64,000 nt of DNA, taken from the NCBI RefSeq assembly GCF_964355755.1, contig NC_092678.1:16039881-16103880 (forward strand), given 5' to 3'. Below the pieces are notes generated by a model. The model made no database searches, was not told where the DNA came from, and saw nothing but the letters and a program-made list of their open reading frames with translations. Position numbers and translations under genes: made by a program. This document shows positions 38,861-53,137 of this stretch, one piece after another (within the stretch, counting starts at the first letter, position 1; each line of letters begins with the position of its first letter). This stretch comes from Antedon mediterranea (taxonomy: Eukaryota; Animalia; Echinodermata).

Positions 38861-41728
38861 GTAAGTTTCTATGTATTGAGCAATTAAAAAAAAAGTGCAA
38901 AACAATGTTTCAGATAGGCCAACTTTAATTTCCGTAACAGTAGGCTAATCCTAACCAGAAGGCTGATATTTCTTCTTGCCCTGGCATTACTATTGTTCAT
39001 TCGGGACCGTTGTGACCCGAATATTCAGCAATCTGTCTATCCACGATATTGGCTAAATAATGATAAAACTGTATGATTAAACTAGATATCTATTCAGTGA
39101 AAGACCAAAACTATTTGATTTACAGTACTTTCAATTTACAACACATGCTGTTGAATCTGCAATAGCTCCGTACTTTGTAATACTAATGCAACTTGTAGTG
39201 CTAATATTGATACTAGTACGGTATTTAAACGCATGCACTATTGACTAATATTCTGCATTAGACTTCACAGTTTCACACATTATAAAGTTATACTTTTACG
39301 CTTTCTAAGACGCCTACAACAGTTGGGGGAAATTCTGGAATTTAAACAGGCACAACTGAAACAAGAAGAATTTCTCTCAATCAATATACGATCACCTTGG
39401 ATTTAAAAAGTAGCCAGACTACCAATTTTCCATGCTATCACTGGATGTCACTATTAACCCAATAATTTCCAATCCATGCCAAATGACTGGTTTATAGAGA
39501 ACGGCAAACTAAGACCAGTATTTTCTCAGAAGCAGGCTGAAAACAAATCTACAATATACCGAGATGTGTAAATGCGAAACAGACAAACTGCCACAATATT
39601 ATGACCATTGTTGTCTACATCCGTTTCGGACAGTGATAGGGCTGACGAAAGTGACGAAGAATAAGTAAAGTAATTGAAAACACAAATGTTATTATGTTGT
39701 TATGTTGGTAATGTTATAGCCCATGTATTTAATCAAAGTTAAAGAAAAACCAATTTTATTATGTGGCCATTTCAGATAAAAATGGCGGCCATGTTGAATA
39801 ATATGGCGGCCATTTTGGTTGAAATGTCAGCCATTGTTCTGTTACACAAATGATGTGAAAATATTATTTGAACATTTATTGTTACTTACCTATATGATTG
39901 AATTTCTCTCGATAACATTTTTTAATGCTAAAACGTACAATATTTTTAAAATAATTGTCAAAAATGACGGCCACTTTGAAATTGCTGCCAACCCCCTTGC
40001 CTATGAACACAAAATTAGCAAATACTTTTTGGATTCATTGATGTCTATTCTACAACATATCCAATTGTTACCAAATATTTGATTGATATATGTGGCCATT
40101 TTAGATAAAATGATAGCCATATTGGATAAAATGGCGGCCATTTTGGGCATAATGGCGGCCATTTTGGCTTGTTCAGTTACAAAAATAATGTGACTTTTTT
40201 ATTTGAACATTTATTGTTACTTTTATGATTGAATTTCTATCTCGATAAAATCTTTTAATGTCATAAACTTACAATATTTGAAACAATTTTGTCCAAAATT
40301 GCGGCTATTTTGAAATTGCTGCCAATCCCCCTTGCGTATGAAAAAATACTTTTTAGATTCAGTGATGTCTATTCTACAACATATCTAATGTTTACCAACT
40401 ATATGTGAAAAAAAGTTTAAAAAAATGTTTGATTGATGTGTGGCCATCTTAGATAAAATGGTGGCCATGTTGGATAAAATGGCAGCCATTTAGGGCGTAA
40501 TGGCGGCCATTTTGGCTTGTTCAGTTACAAAAATGATGTGAAATATTATTTGAACATTTATTGTTACTTTTATGATTTAATTTCTATCTCGATAACATTT
40601 TTTAATGTCATAAACTTACAACATTTTAAAAAATTTTGTCCAAAATGGCGGCCATTTTGAAATGGCTGCCAACCCCCCTTCCGTATGAAAAAAAAATGGA
40701 GCAAATACTTTTTGGATTCAGTGATGTCTATTCTACAACATATCCAATTTTTACCAAATATAGCAACAAAAAAATGCAACCTTCCGAAATACCCTAGACT
40801 ACACTATTATTAGCCATACCCTTTCTTTTTCTGGTGGATGAATATCATTTTTAAAACACTATAATCTGGACTTTTTAAATATAAGACCACACCGAATATT
40901 TTATTCAATTTTGATTGTATCATTATTAATGAATGCTGTATGTAAATCTACATATTTCCGTTGTTATATTATCTACGTGTAGTTTTCGCGGTGTAAAAGC
41001 GCAGAGAGAGAGAGAGCCAGCCACTCAATTCTCTAGGCGTTCTTATTATAACATATTCATATTAGACTGTATACAATTATATTGGTTCAGTATTGTATTA
41101 TTCAGTATTTTTAATTCAGTATAATGTTTAGTGTCTGATTACGTGAATTTTCCGTAATCAAAATTACGTTTGCCTGAGTGTGCTTTATGTGAGGTGTCCG
41201 TATAGTTTGCAAGTCATTTTATAAATTACATATGAATTTAAAATAATTTCAATTGAATTCGGTAAATAATATATGGTTAGCAATTTCCGTTTATTATGTG
41301 TCTAGTTTTAACTGAACAAGGAAAGACAGCACCAAATGTGACATAGTGAGTTGTAGAGTCGCGTTGCACGCACGCGACTAAAAAATCAGTCGGGCAATTG
41401 TTGTTACTATGGTCTACAGTATTGACCAGTTTTCTGTAGAAAGAGAATCACGGTTGGGAATTCCTCAAGATAGAAACAATTGTGTAAAATTGTGGAGAAT
41501 TACGACTTTCAATCATTTCTTATTTATATTTATATATAGTGCAAATTCACTAATGTATGAATGAATGAATATTTTGTTTATTTAAAAAGTAAAACAATTT
41601 GAAGTACTTGAAAGCATACTCACGAATAGAACAGTTTGAAAACAAGATATACACTAATAATAGTTACCAGCAGTATAATTAATTCACAAAAATAATAATG
41701 ATTTTAAAACAAAGTATAGTACCCAAAC

Positions 41729-41834
41729 CATGATCATAGATGTAATCATCACTAGAGTAATATAATGACGATGAAGACGAAGATCTTGAAAAAGGTATAG
41801 CAACCAACAGCATAATAACGCTAAAGATAGGCAT
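41729..41834 (-). CDS. Signal-peptide exon of the CUB-LRR gene, copy 3
   Basis: Open 106-bp frame MPIFSVIMLLVAIPFSRSSSSSS...; weaker donor G|gtttgg. Confidence 0.45.
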
Positions 41835-43723
41835 TAGGTTTCGTAATTCTGTACTGATTCGTTGACAATTTTACGCAATTCCGTAAGTTGACTCACTCGT
41901 ATTTCGCGAATTAAACTTAGCTCCGTGATTCTTTCCAATTTATAACACTTGTTTTCGGTGGTCTTCATTTAATTATGATATTGCTTTTAGACAATTTTAA
42001 AAATTGATAGATAAATCGTATCACCAGGCCTATACTAAATAAATTATGATTTTGTTACAGATTTTGCAATAACTATGTTATTCTACAATAATGTTAAACT
42101 TTATACGATATACGCTCTAGATCTGATCCTTTTTTTTTCAGACAAGAGATGACAATGAATGTGTGCCGATACATATTTGTCGTTAACTGGTGACGTAGGC
42201 ATACACGGCATTGTATACACAGTTGCAGTGGGATTGACAGGATTTTTATTCCAAATACTTAAAAGATTAAAATAATATTTGAGTAACCAGAATGTGACGA
42301 AATCAGAGGCGAATTCAATGGGAGGGGAGGACCAGCCAGCCCTGTTCGTCTTATAAACGTGGGCCGCTGATGATACAAAGGCGTTTGTTCAATAAAGTTT
42401 ACTTTACCGTTCAATCTCTGCTAAAACTCCTAGTACAACTCACCTGGAATAATCACTTCCGATCGTGTTGTTAAGTTTGTAAACGTTTAATTGAATTATC
42501 AGATATATCCTTTGATTAATTATTTATTTGTTTATCAACCGCTGAGAGAAGATTGATTGATTGTATAAGAGTACATATGTTCCAATAGTTGTTATACATA
42601 ATGAATATAATACATTAACGTATTTCATCGTAATATTTATGTTTCAAAGAAGTAATAATTATTAAATCTTCTTATCTGCTTAAGATAAAATATTTATGTT
42701 TAAGCAAAAGTTGTATATGTTTTTTGTTTTCATTATATTCATATTGAACATACATACACATTGTTATTATTTATTTTTATGTATGTTGAATTGATAAACC
42801 AAATTATTTCAATACTATGCTGATGGATAAATTTGGTGACTAAATTGTTGATAAATAAATCATAATAACTTCAAATTATGTTGATGTTTCAACATAGCCC
42901 TTTTCTCTGTCTCGTATCTTTTTCATAATTCCCCTTCCATTCAATAAATAGCAAGATTCATGAAATTCCTCTTAACTTCATTAAATTAAAAAGATGGGTA
43001 TTCTTTACAGAAACTCTGGAGAATAATATTGCAAAACATAGAAATAAGTATAATGTCCATATTAAAAAATGCCGGTTAATTTGCATATTGTATTGTTTTT
43101 TTTTGTATTCTTAAACCAGGTGGTGCGATTTGCACGCAAGGTTTTTTTTTTCACCGGACTATTATGATCACTTGTTCCGAACTATCAGGTCTGATCCCGA
43201 CGATAACTGTTTTTATTTTTTTTCTGTCTTGTGGGGGTTCGTCCCACTTTTATTATAGTTCTATAAATATAATAATATATGTATATATGCACATTTATAT
43301 ATTTCTCTTATTTATAAGGTACATTGTTAAAAAAATACATATCTTTTGAACAGTATATACATAAGACTAAGATTATTTTGATGTTAAATAGTAACACATT
43401 TACATTCATATACATTTTTTTAAATACAATTAGTTGAAATATGTCGATGGCAAAAAAATGACGATAAAAATTGATTTAAAAAAAAACGTAGTTATGAAAA
43501 AGTGATTATTGTTGTTTTATTCTGTCCGTGTCCGTGTCTGGGTAGAGAGGCTATAAACTCAGGGGAAGAATATAAAGAATTTTCCCTTTTCACCAAGAAA
43601 AAAATGGATGAGATGAAAACGAAGAATGCAAAAGCTTGAAAAAAGGGTGTTTAGAATGGATAGGATGGAATGATATATATAGTGAAAACCGTAAAGATAG
43701 AGTCCATACAAAGTGCAAGTTCA

Positions 43724-46700
43724 CACTGTAAAAAAAAAAAATTGTTAAATTTACGGTAAAAAGCTGGCAGCAGTTTTGCCAAGGAAAACCCGTAAAATTT
43801 ACGGTTAAACTGTAAATATTGTGTAACGGTCAAAAACCGCAAAACTAACATTTGTTTGTAATTTATTTTACGGTTAATTGTATTTTGTTCTACAGTATAC
43901 TGTAAAAAAATGTTTCAGTTTACAAAAATTTACAAAACTAGATGGTACGCTCGCTTCGCTCGCGTACCATCTAGGTCGTGCCCACAGATGGTTCTCGAAT
44001 ACACAGTAATTTCAGCGTAACAAAACTGGCGATTTCAAATGTACGTACCGCAGGACTATATACATTGTCATTTACAGAAACGAATAAATAGACACGATGA
44101 TTTATGTAGTCAACTAAAATTAGCACCCTGGGAATTACTTCCGAAGGAGAAACTTATCACAAAATCAAGTTTTTGATTTGGACTCATTTAAAGAAACCCA
44201 ATTTGTGTTTTGTATGTAACATTAGGGTTGAGGGATGGGAAAGCGGATAGGTACAAAGAGCAACAATTTTTAAATATTATTATTTTTTATCCACTCAGTA
44301 ACGAAATATTGTTTTCATGTTTTATAGGCCTATAAATAATATACCTCTAAATACAGTAAAACATTTGCGATTTAATACTTTTTTTATTTTATTTATTTAT
44401 TTATTTCTTTTAAATATTCATTGTACACTAATTTTCCCCGTGTATGGCAAGAGATTCCTAATTATATTAGAGAACATTCTTTATTTAGTTTAGTTAAAAC
44501 TGTCACTGTCATAATCGATTGAAATATTAAAGTACCATGTCACGATACACAACTACGACGTTTATATTTGGTAATTATTAATTAATACAAACGTTGAGAA
44601 AGAACTGTCAGTATAAAGTTTATTTGTATATAATAATGTGTTTATATATCTAACAGTGGAGCCTATCCACAATCTCGCAAGTTTATTCTCAAAGGGCCCA
44701 TATATTTACCTACCGTATGTGTTAAACCAAGGGCTCATAAATTTACCTACAGTACTTGTGTTAAACCAAACTCTGGCAGACTGAGAGATTGGGATGTTCC
44801 ATTCATCGCAAATCAATAGATTTGTATATCGTATATTAAATCTATCAAAATAGTATTTTTTAAAGAAAATCGGCCTGTCTTCAACATTATGATGGTGTAC
44901 TCTAGCTGTTCAACCGGTTTTCAGCCATTAAAAACAATTATCGTAGGAGGAGATAGGAAAATGCGAAGCCTCCTCGCATTTTTGTGGCGGGTATTTTTCA
45001 AGACGGACATCCATTAGACAGTGTATACCACGATCAGAAAACACCCCTATTTGGGGCAAATCGTTGAACCTAAATTCGTTTTAATCGTCAATAACTAATT
45101 ATCTAACTTAATTTAATTAGTAAACAGGGTTACATCAGGTGGTTAAAATCAGTACCGAAAGTACGAACCAACTTTATATACCATCGAGTACAAATTCTAA
45201 AAGTAAAGCGCGATTTACCGAATTTTGCCCTTACGTAAATTTATATATAGATTACATTGAAATGTAAAATAATTTACAGTAGACTGTATTAAAACAGTTT
45301 CCCGTAAATTAAATTACAGTGAACTGTTAAAGCATTTACGGTTTTCCAAAAAATAACCTTGTATTTTACGGTTTTTGCTTGGCAAAACTTCTGCCAGCCT
45401 TTTGCCGTAAATTTGTCAATGTTTTCTTTTCTTTACAGATGAGTCACATACAGTGCATCAGGAAACAAGTTGTTCATATACGATAGCAATATTTAGATTT
45501 TTACTCCGAAATGTACAACACTTTGTATTTTCACATTACTATGTAAGACTGAAATGAATAAAGCAAAGCATTGTTATGGTTAACAAGGTACACTATTTAT
45601 TACACATTCTACGATTCTATTACAAGATTACAGGATAAAGTCCTAAATCACATATTACAAACCAAATTGTATTGTTACACGTAATAGATTTGTACTTTTT
45701 GTCTGTTGTATAAAAACTTCTAACGAATTCTAGTTTTCTTTAAATTAATGTATAAATGTAATGAAATGTACTTAAATTTGATTATGAATTGCAAAAAGAT
45801 TATTATTGATTTAAAAAAAACAACAGTGGCCTGCATTGTCAAAGATCAAAGTCCAGGAGCCTATCCTGGCAAGCTCAATGTCATGTTGATTGATGAACAT
45901 GCCTGTCAAAATTATAAACATATATTATAAATAAAATTAAATATTAATTATTCCACAACATATATTACAGATTAATCAGGTGATACAATTGTAATGAAAT
46001 GTTAGCTTCAATTCAAGGTTAATTATAATTATTTAAACTGTAAAATTATAATCATAAGCGTATTGTTGTCCGAGCAAATCAAAGTGCTTAATACAATAAA
46101 GCACAAGTAACACCCAGGGCTGGCAGTGTTGTAACAATAACATGAACACTTTAGTTGCTTTAAAGCTATATAATACACACAATACTTTTATAGCCAGGGT
46201 TATTACACATTTCTTGGTAGTTATATTAACTGCAAATGATCTACAATTTACAAAGCAATTTTAGAAATATGTACTGTATTTTATCATATCCTAATATTAC
46301 TTGTATTGTAGTTTTTAAATTGAAGGGGTGTTATATTTTGACTAAATATATGTTACCATTTTACACCATAAAATAAATGTCCCTCCTTCCCTTCTGAACA
46401 TTTCTTTGAATAAATACGGTTTCTATGTATGCAAACACTGATAAATGTACCTTTGCTATTTCTAGGGGTTCTACAAACAATCAATTTTAATTAATTAAAA
46501 GAAAGTGTAAATGGGCTGAGCCAGATTGTTGTAATTTTTACCCAAATTAAGTCATTTTAAATCTCAAAATAAATCATGATTAAATTCAAAATAAATATTT
46601 AAACCACCTACTGTTTATGTAATCAATTCCAGGTCACTCATTTTGTTGATTATGGTGAGAACCTTAGGATGTATTGAATAATTATTATTTTTCTGACTGC

Positions 46701-47782
46701 TGATTTTGACCCTTTGTCAGGATTCATTAGCATAAAGCATCTGAAAGAACCAAAATAATGTAGTTTATCATAAATTTGATACTGGAAAAGAATAAGCAAA
46801 TTGCCTTTTATTACTAATTAGGAAAAAAGATTAAAGCATTCTAATATTTATAGTTGTGAACTGTTAAAAGGCTTGCTTTTATAGTCACTTTCAAATGAAA
46901 GACACATTATCCGGCCGGTCCCAATTACATTTTTCTTAAAAAGTTGTACGTAGGCCTAGGTAGGCACTATAGGCCTAGGCCTAGTAGTTAATAGGCATAT
47001 TATTGTTATTTAATAATAACTATAAATACTGTCAATTCCTGAAAAGATACAAGTAAGCCTACTAGGCATAGGCCTACTTGTATACAATTTATGGTGGAAT
47101 AATAATATTTAATATAATATAAATAGAAAAGTACATTTTAATTTTTAATTACTTTATTGAATAATGTTAATTCCTGAAAGTATACGTATTTGACATGGTG
47201 GCCTAGGCCTAGGTCTACTACTACTACGGCTACCTTTCACTTTCATCAACAACAAGACCTAGCTAGGTCTACTACTAGCCTAGCATTTGTATTTTGTACT
47301 GTACGGCTTAGCCTAGGCCTACCTCCTGACTGCTGAGTGAGTCCTGGCCTAGGCCTAGGCTTGTTTAGGCAGGCCTATAATGTACAGCAGCAGTAGGCTA
47401 TGTCAGGCCAGAGTCTGCGAGTAAGTCAAGCCTAGCCTGGCTCTCTCTAACAATTTTAACATAATATACATTTACTACCTAGTTTACCTAAAATTAATAA
47501 AACAGACCACTAACCATAACTCTTAGTCTTAACTCGATCTTCTCAGTAAAAATTTAAATGGCTGACCCGCGGGTAAATTTCAAATCTGAACACAGACGAC
47601 GCATGCTCAGATTAATTTAATTACAGCGCCACCAATGAATTGGTACAAAAATTATTACTTACAGTAAATAGTTGTAAAAAGGCGGAAATTAACAGTAAAC
47701 GACTGTAATTAGTAAAAAGGGTCGTCGGATGTAATTTTTACAGTCAAAAAATTGTAAATTTAACAGTTTTTTTTTTACAGTG
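43724..47782. mobile_element. CACTA/EnSpm-like element, unit 3 copy, with nested Helitron
   Basis: Same termini, site and CA TSD as 31901-35190. Confidence 0.85.
43938..45251 (-). mobile_element. Non-autonomous Helitron, same family as 27923-29358
   Basis: ctagatggtacgc...tatataga; empty site tttacaaaa|ttacattg near 32112. Confidence 0.9.
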
Positions 47783-47896
47783 CAAGGTAATATTTTGGCT
47801 CTGTGTGTATGTGAGACGCTTCTTACAAGATGACATATCTTAAAAATAATATAGTTACTAGGCCTATATACAATGTATTTAAGAGATACAAATAGC

Positions 47897-49784
47897 ATTT
47901 TTTATTTCATTAATTTAATGAGATTTTCCTTTATATCGCCCCATTTACATTGAGCTTTAAGGTAGTAGCACTTATACTCATTTTCAATTAAATGATTTAC
48001 TTCAGTAATAAAAAGATTCCAGATCTTTTTCCATAGTTGTTTTCTTTTTTTCAGGTTTTGTTAATAATATGCAACTTATATATAGAGAATACAAATAATG
48101 AAATAAATTCATTTACAATTATGTTATTTGATCCAGTAAACATTGTAGACCAAGTTATTGTGTCTTCGTTTGAAAAGCTCTTAGCTACGACATTTTTAAA
48201 TTTAAGCCATATCCATTGAATTACACTGCATTTATATAACATGTGTTTTTTCAGTTTCAACCTTGTTTATACATTTATCACATAAATCATTACCTGCTAA
48301 GTTCCAGATTTTCAATCGTTTTTTACATGGTAGTATTCTATGCAAAAGTTTAAAATTAAATTGAGCAACTTCTTTGGGTATATGTTTTAGTCTATAAACT
48401 TTATAGTATCAAACATTACTCCAATCAATGTCTACCTTACCTAGTTCTATTTCCCATTTTGTTTGTGAATTTGGTATTTTTGAACATCTATTAATAAAAT
48501 CATTATAGAAGACAGTTCCTTTATTTTTCATATAAAGTCATTGACTAGGAATACTATTGTCTTCTTTTTTTGTATTATCTTTTTCAATAATTTCTTTCCA
48601 CTCTTTTGGTATGGCTTTTAACAATTACATATATTCAATTAAGGCGTTATGCCTTTTATACAGTTTAGGAAATATTTCACAAGGTGAAAGTACTCTATCA
48701 TTCATGTAAATATCTCCGATTGTTTTAAACCCAGAAGCAAACCATACTTTAAAATACATAGATTTATTGTTCAATATGATATATTTGTTTTCTCATAATT
48801 GTTGGCTTTATATTTCCATAGTAGTATTTCCAGTCCATTTATCTGGATCTGGGCTTATTTGTCTCTTAACCCAGGTTAGTTTGAGAGATTCTATCACCGA
48901 AGTGAGATCTGGCATATTCAAACCACCTTCTTCCACATTTCTAATTAATGTTGTTCGTTTTATTTTTTATTTTTTATTACCCCAAAGGAAGTCATATAAC
49001 AGTTTTTCTATTTTTGTAATTATTTCCTTAGGCACCTCAATAATACTAGCAGTATAGATAAACCTTGATATTGCTAGTGTTTTTATAATATTAATTTTAC
49101 CAAAAAAACTTAGGTTACGTCTTTTCCATAATTTTAATAAATTTTCTAACTGTTTTTATGTGTGATTTTTGTCATGGTGGTTTTGTATTGCTTGTATACC
49201 TTTTTTGATCTTTTTTCTGTCAATTCTGTAATTAAAATCAAGATGCATCAGCAACCTTATATATAATGAATAATACCATTGATAATACCAATATTCATAT
49301 GTGTTCCTTAAATGTACGGGGATTAAGACAATCAGACAAAAGGAGAGAACTCTTTTCATGATTAGGGAAAACTGGCCATAATATAATTTTTCTACAAGAA
49401 GCGCATAGTGACGTAAACTGTGAAAAGCACTGGGCGGAAGAGTGGGGGTCTAAAATCTTTTTTAATCATGGTAAAACAAATAGTGCAGGGGTTCCGTATT
49501 GTTTAAACATAATCAAGATCTTGTAGATAAAATTGTCGGTGATGAAATTGGTAGATTATAGAAATACAAATAGAAAGCAAGAATTATACGCTGGTTAATG
49601 TATATGCCCCAAATGAGGATGACCCAACTTTTTTTTTATTCATTTGGCAGATCAAATTAAATAATTTAAAACCGAAACTATTATAATTGGAGGAGATTTT
49701 AATTGTGTTTTAAATATAATGTTGGATAAAGAGGGAGACAGAAAAAGTACAAATAAAAAAGCTCGTCTTGAAATTTTAAATATT
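47897..49784. mobile_element. Inverted L1/Tx1-like LINE, unit 3 copy, truncated by deletion
   Basis: Matches units 1 and 2 until ...gaaattttaaatatt, then jumps to aaaaaagtgcaaaac. Confidence 0.85.
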
Positions 49785-50323
49785 TCAAAAAAGTGCAAAA
49801 CAACGTTTCAGATAGGCCAACTGGTAGATCGCATTCGTTGTAGGCCCATAGACAATTTCCGTAACAGTAGGCTAATCTTAACCAGAAGGCTGATATTTCT
49901 TCTTGCCCTAGCATTACTATTGTTCATTCGGGACTGTTGTGACCCGAGTATTCAGCACTCTGTCTATCCACGATATTGGCTAAATAATGATTAAACTGTA
50001 TGATTAAACTAGACATCTATTCAGTGAAAGACCAAAACTATTTGATTTACAGTACTTACAATTTACAACACATGCTGTTGAATCTGCAATAGCTCCATAT
50101 TATTTAATACTAATGCAACTTGTAGTGCTAATATTGATACTAGTACGGTATTTAAACGCATGCACTATTGACTACTATTCAGCAATAAGATAATCAATTA
50201 TAAACTAGACTTAACAGTTTCACACATTATAAAGTTATACTTTTACGCTTAAGTTTTGCTAAACGTTTATACTTCATGTATACAATCATTAACAGAAAAT
50301 TTAACCTTGTTTTGCCCACTCAG

Positions 50324-50777
50324 TTGTTTTATGAAACCTGGAAACCCGCTATACTTCGGTTTGTTACTCATCTCATCTATCGTCCTCTTCATCAACATGG
50401 TCATGTTCGTATTAATTATTCGAGGACTGACTTGCCAACGAACAGTAACGTTGTCAAAACTGAAGGATACAAGTAAAATGGACGAGCTGACTACACGCCT
50501 ACGTCAAGCCATATCGATAATGATGTTGCTTGGCTTAACGTGGATCTTCGGATATTTCTCCATTCAGTCTTCTGACGCAGTTCGTTTTTCGTTCCAATTG
50601 TTGTTCTGCGTATTCAATTCCCTACAAGGATTTGTTATCTTCGTATTTCTCTGTATTCGTCGTAAGGATGTCCGAGATGCGTGGGCAAGTTGTTTCTGCT
50701 GTCTACGGACCGAAGCCACTGGAAGCAGCACTGCCATGTCAAATCCGCGACGTAGGATTGCAAATACCAAACTTTGA
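50324..50777 (+). CDS. Adhesion (family B2) GPCR terminal exon, TM5-TM7 and C-tail
   Basis: Acceptor ttttgcccactcag; CFM...INMVMFVLIIR...LLGLTWIFGYF...LFCVFNSLQGFVIFVFLCIRRKDVRDAW; LLGLTW and NSLQG are hallmark motifs. Confidence 0.92.
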
Positions 50778-51531
50778 AACCACTTTAATACCAAAGTAGG
50801 CAAAAGTATTAGCACAGAACAAAGAAATCATGATTTAGAATTTTAGGAGATAATCCGAAATTGGTAAAGAACATTCGGCATCACCATCGTTATATTATTT
50901 TAATGGAAAAATATCTGACCCACCTCACATAAAAATATCTGTACGAAATAAGTAAAAGTAACCGCTAAAAAGCGAATTTTTCGTCACAAGAAAGATGAGT
51001 TTATGTCGCATGAGGGCGGGCATTTATGTGAATGTGCGATTGCATTCTGGGTAGCGTGGGTAATTTATAGCTCGCTTAACACATGTGCGTTCTTTCTCTC
51101 ATTGAACTCCTTTGAAGTAACACGTCTAACGATTGTTGTCCCCGCCATCCTCCCCTGCTTCCGCCTTATATTTTCTTGTGCAGCGTGTGCGCCCAGAATA
51201 TTTGTATTTCTATTCGATTAAGTGTATTAATGTTATATGTTTGTTACAACTCTTTATATAACTTGTATATAATTTCAGTTTATTCGATATATTGATCTGG
51301 TACGCATGTATTTAATTTATTCAGTATATTTTAATAGGGGCAGCCTTAAGTAAATGATTGTATTAAGCTATACCAATACCCTAACGTATACTTGGTAGAG
51401 GGTGGCTGCCCCAGTATTACACGTTTTTATATATATTTAATGTATACTTAAGTTCGTCATTTAATATTAAATGACAATTTCCATCCAGCTCAGTATTATC
51501 GTTTCCTTTTGTTGTCCGTTTCTTGCGTCAT

Positions 51532-52196
51532 AAAGGTAGATTTACAATAGGACGATAACGATCGACGATAAATGGACAAATATGCATTTTTCATACATAA
51601 AACAAAAGAAATATAAAACATTTTCATTCTAGAACTATAGAATAACCATCTATCCTTCCTTTGATTACCTCACTGAAAGAGATGTTGTTTCCAATTTTTA
51701 ATCTTTTTATCTTTTAAATTTGTATATTTATGTACCGATCCCTTATATTCATTTTGAGTCTTAAGATACTTTTTTATAAGCTTGTACGCGTGTTTTACTT
51801 GGTGCAATATATTTTGTATTTCGATGTTTTTTAAGGGCAACTGGCTCTTTGAGTTATAGTAATTGTTTTGCTTTAGTTGCTCCTGACCATTGTGCTCTGT
51901 TTCTATTCTGTTCTGTTTCTGTGTATTGGTCGAATAAATAAATGAAATGATGAAAATGATATTTTCACATGTCCAATCAAATGACGTCACGAATAGTAAG
52001 AGCAATAATATTGTGACAATACAATGATTTTATTGTTTTTATTTATCATGACGTCATTTGATTGGAATTTTAAAAATATTGATATACAGCATACATTATT
52101 ATCTTGTAGTTCTAGAACGAAAACCTTTCTAATTTCTTTTATTTTATGTAAAAAAATGCATGTATATTTATCGTCGATCGTTATCGATGGGCCTTT
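51532..52196. mobile_element. MITE-like element with imperfect TIRs of about 100 bp
   Basis: gataacgatcgacgataaat...ttctagaacta versus tagttctagaa...atttatcgtcgatcgttatc. Confidence 0.6.
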
Positions 52197-53137
52197 AAAT
52201 TATATCGCAGTGTTTGTAACTTAAAGATTTACTTATTCATATACCGCCATCAAGTGGCCATAATTCCTTATTATTTTTTTTAAATATTATTTCTTATATT
52301 CTATAATAATTCTAATTACTTTTTTGAAACATAGGAAAACATAAAAATATTATTACATTTGTTTAAGTGACTGAGTAACAACAAAAAAGCATCAGTAGCG
52401 GCTCATAGTTTACCCAGTAGTTTCATTCTTTCCTGTTTTTACCCAAGAAAACAATAGACAATAGACACGGATGAATTCGTTCATTGTGTTGCTATCGTCA
52501 CGATCAAAGGTATTCGATTCTGGAATTACAACGGCGAGCAATTCAACTTATAACTTGAATTTTACCAGTTTCTGAGAATTAAGCTTTGGAATTGTTAATA
52601 TCATTAATAATCAATTCCAGGTTGCTGCTCTCTGGAAGTAAACTTTGTTATTCTTGAGGCTCTGTTAGGTATATGGTGTCGGTGTTATCCGGATGGTGTT
52701 TAGTAGACAACCAGTGGGACATATAGGTAGTATTTATTCATAGTTGGTATTTCTTTTGTTTGTTCGTTTGTTTGGTCCGCTTGAGTAAACTTGAATATTT
52801 TTAGTGGATTGTAGAGGGTTTCCTTGAAGATGGAAATTATCTGTTTTGTTTGACTGTATGCTTTTTATTTGATTGTAGAGCACCACAAACAGTTTGAAAA
52901 TAAACCAGAATAGAGAAAAACAATCGACATCTGAATCTTAGATGAAACGAACACATATATAAACTATAAGCGCTACGCAGTACTGTACTTAACGCTACAT
53001 ACGGCAATTAGTAATAGCGTTGCTTATAAAGCACGCTGAACAGTTCCAACATACTTGATCACCTTTATGCAAATTAGCTACTTCACAAAAGTACCTTATA
53101 AATGAATATGGTGGCTCATTCAAATCACGTCGAATAG

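Larger units (their letters stand above)
25540..39302 (+). repeat. Tandem segmental triplication, unit 2
   Basis: Begins ttctaagacgcctacaacag; colinear with units 1 and 3 apart from transposon insertions. Confidence 0.95.
39303..50250 (+). repeat. Tandem segmental triplication, unit 3
   Basis: Colinear; ends ...atacttttacgctt then unique sequence; has deletions near 41338 and 49785. Confidence 0.95.

Noticed and set aside
14908-50250. Triplication as a pure assembly artefact
   Set aside because: Units differ by many substitutions and distinct insertions with TSDs and share defined junctions; an artefact is unlikely, though long reads are needed to exclude it fully
50256-50323. N-terminal part of the 173-aa GPCR ORF
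   Set aside because: Lies upstream of the splice acceptor at 50323; intron read-through
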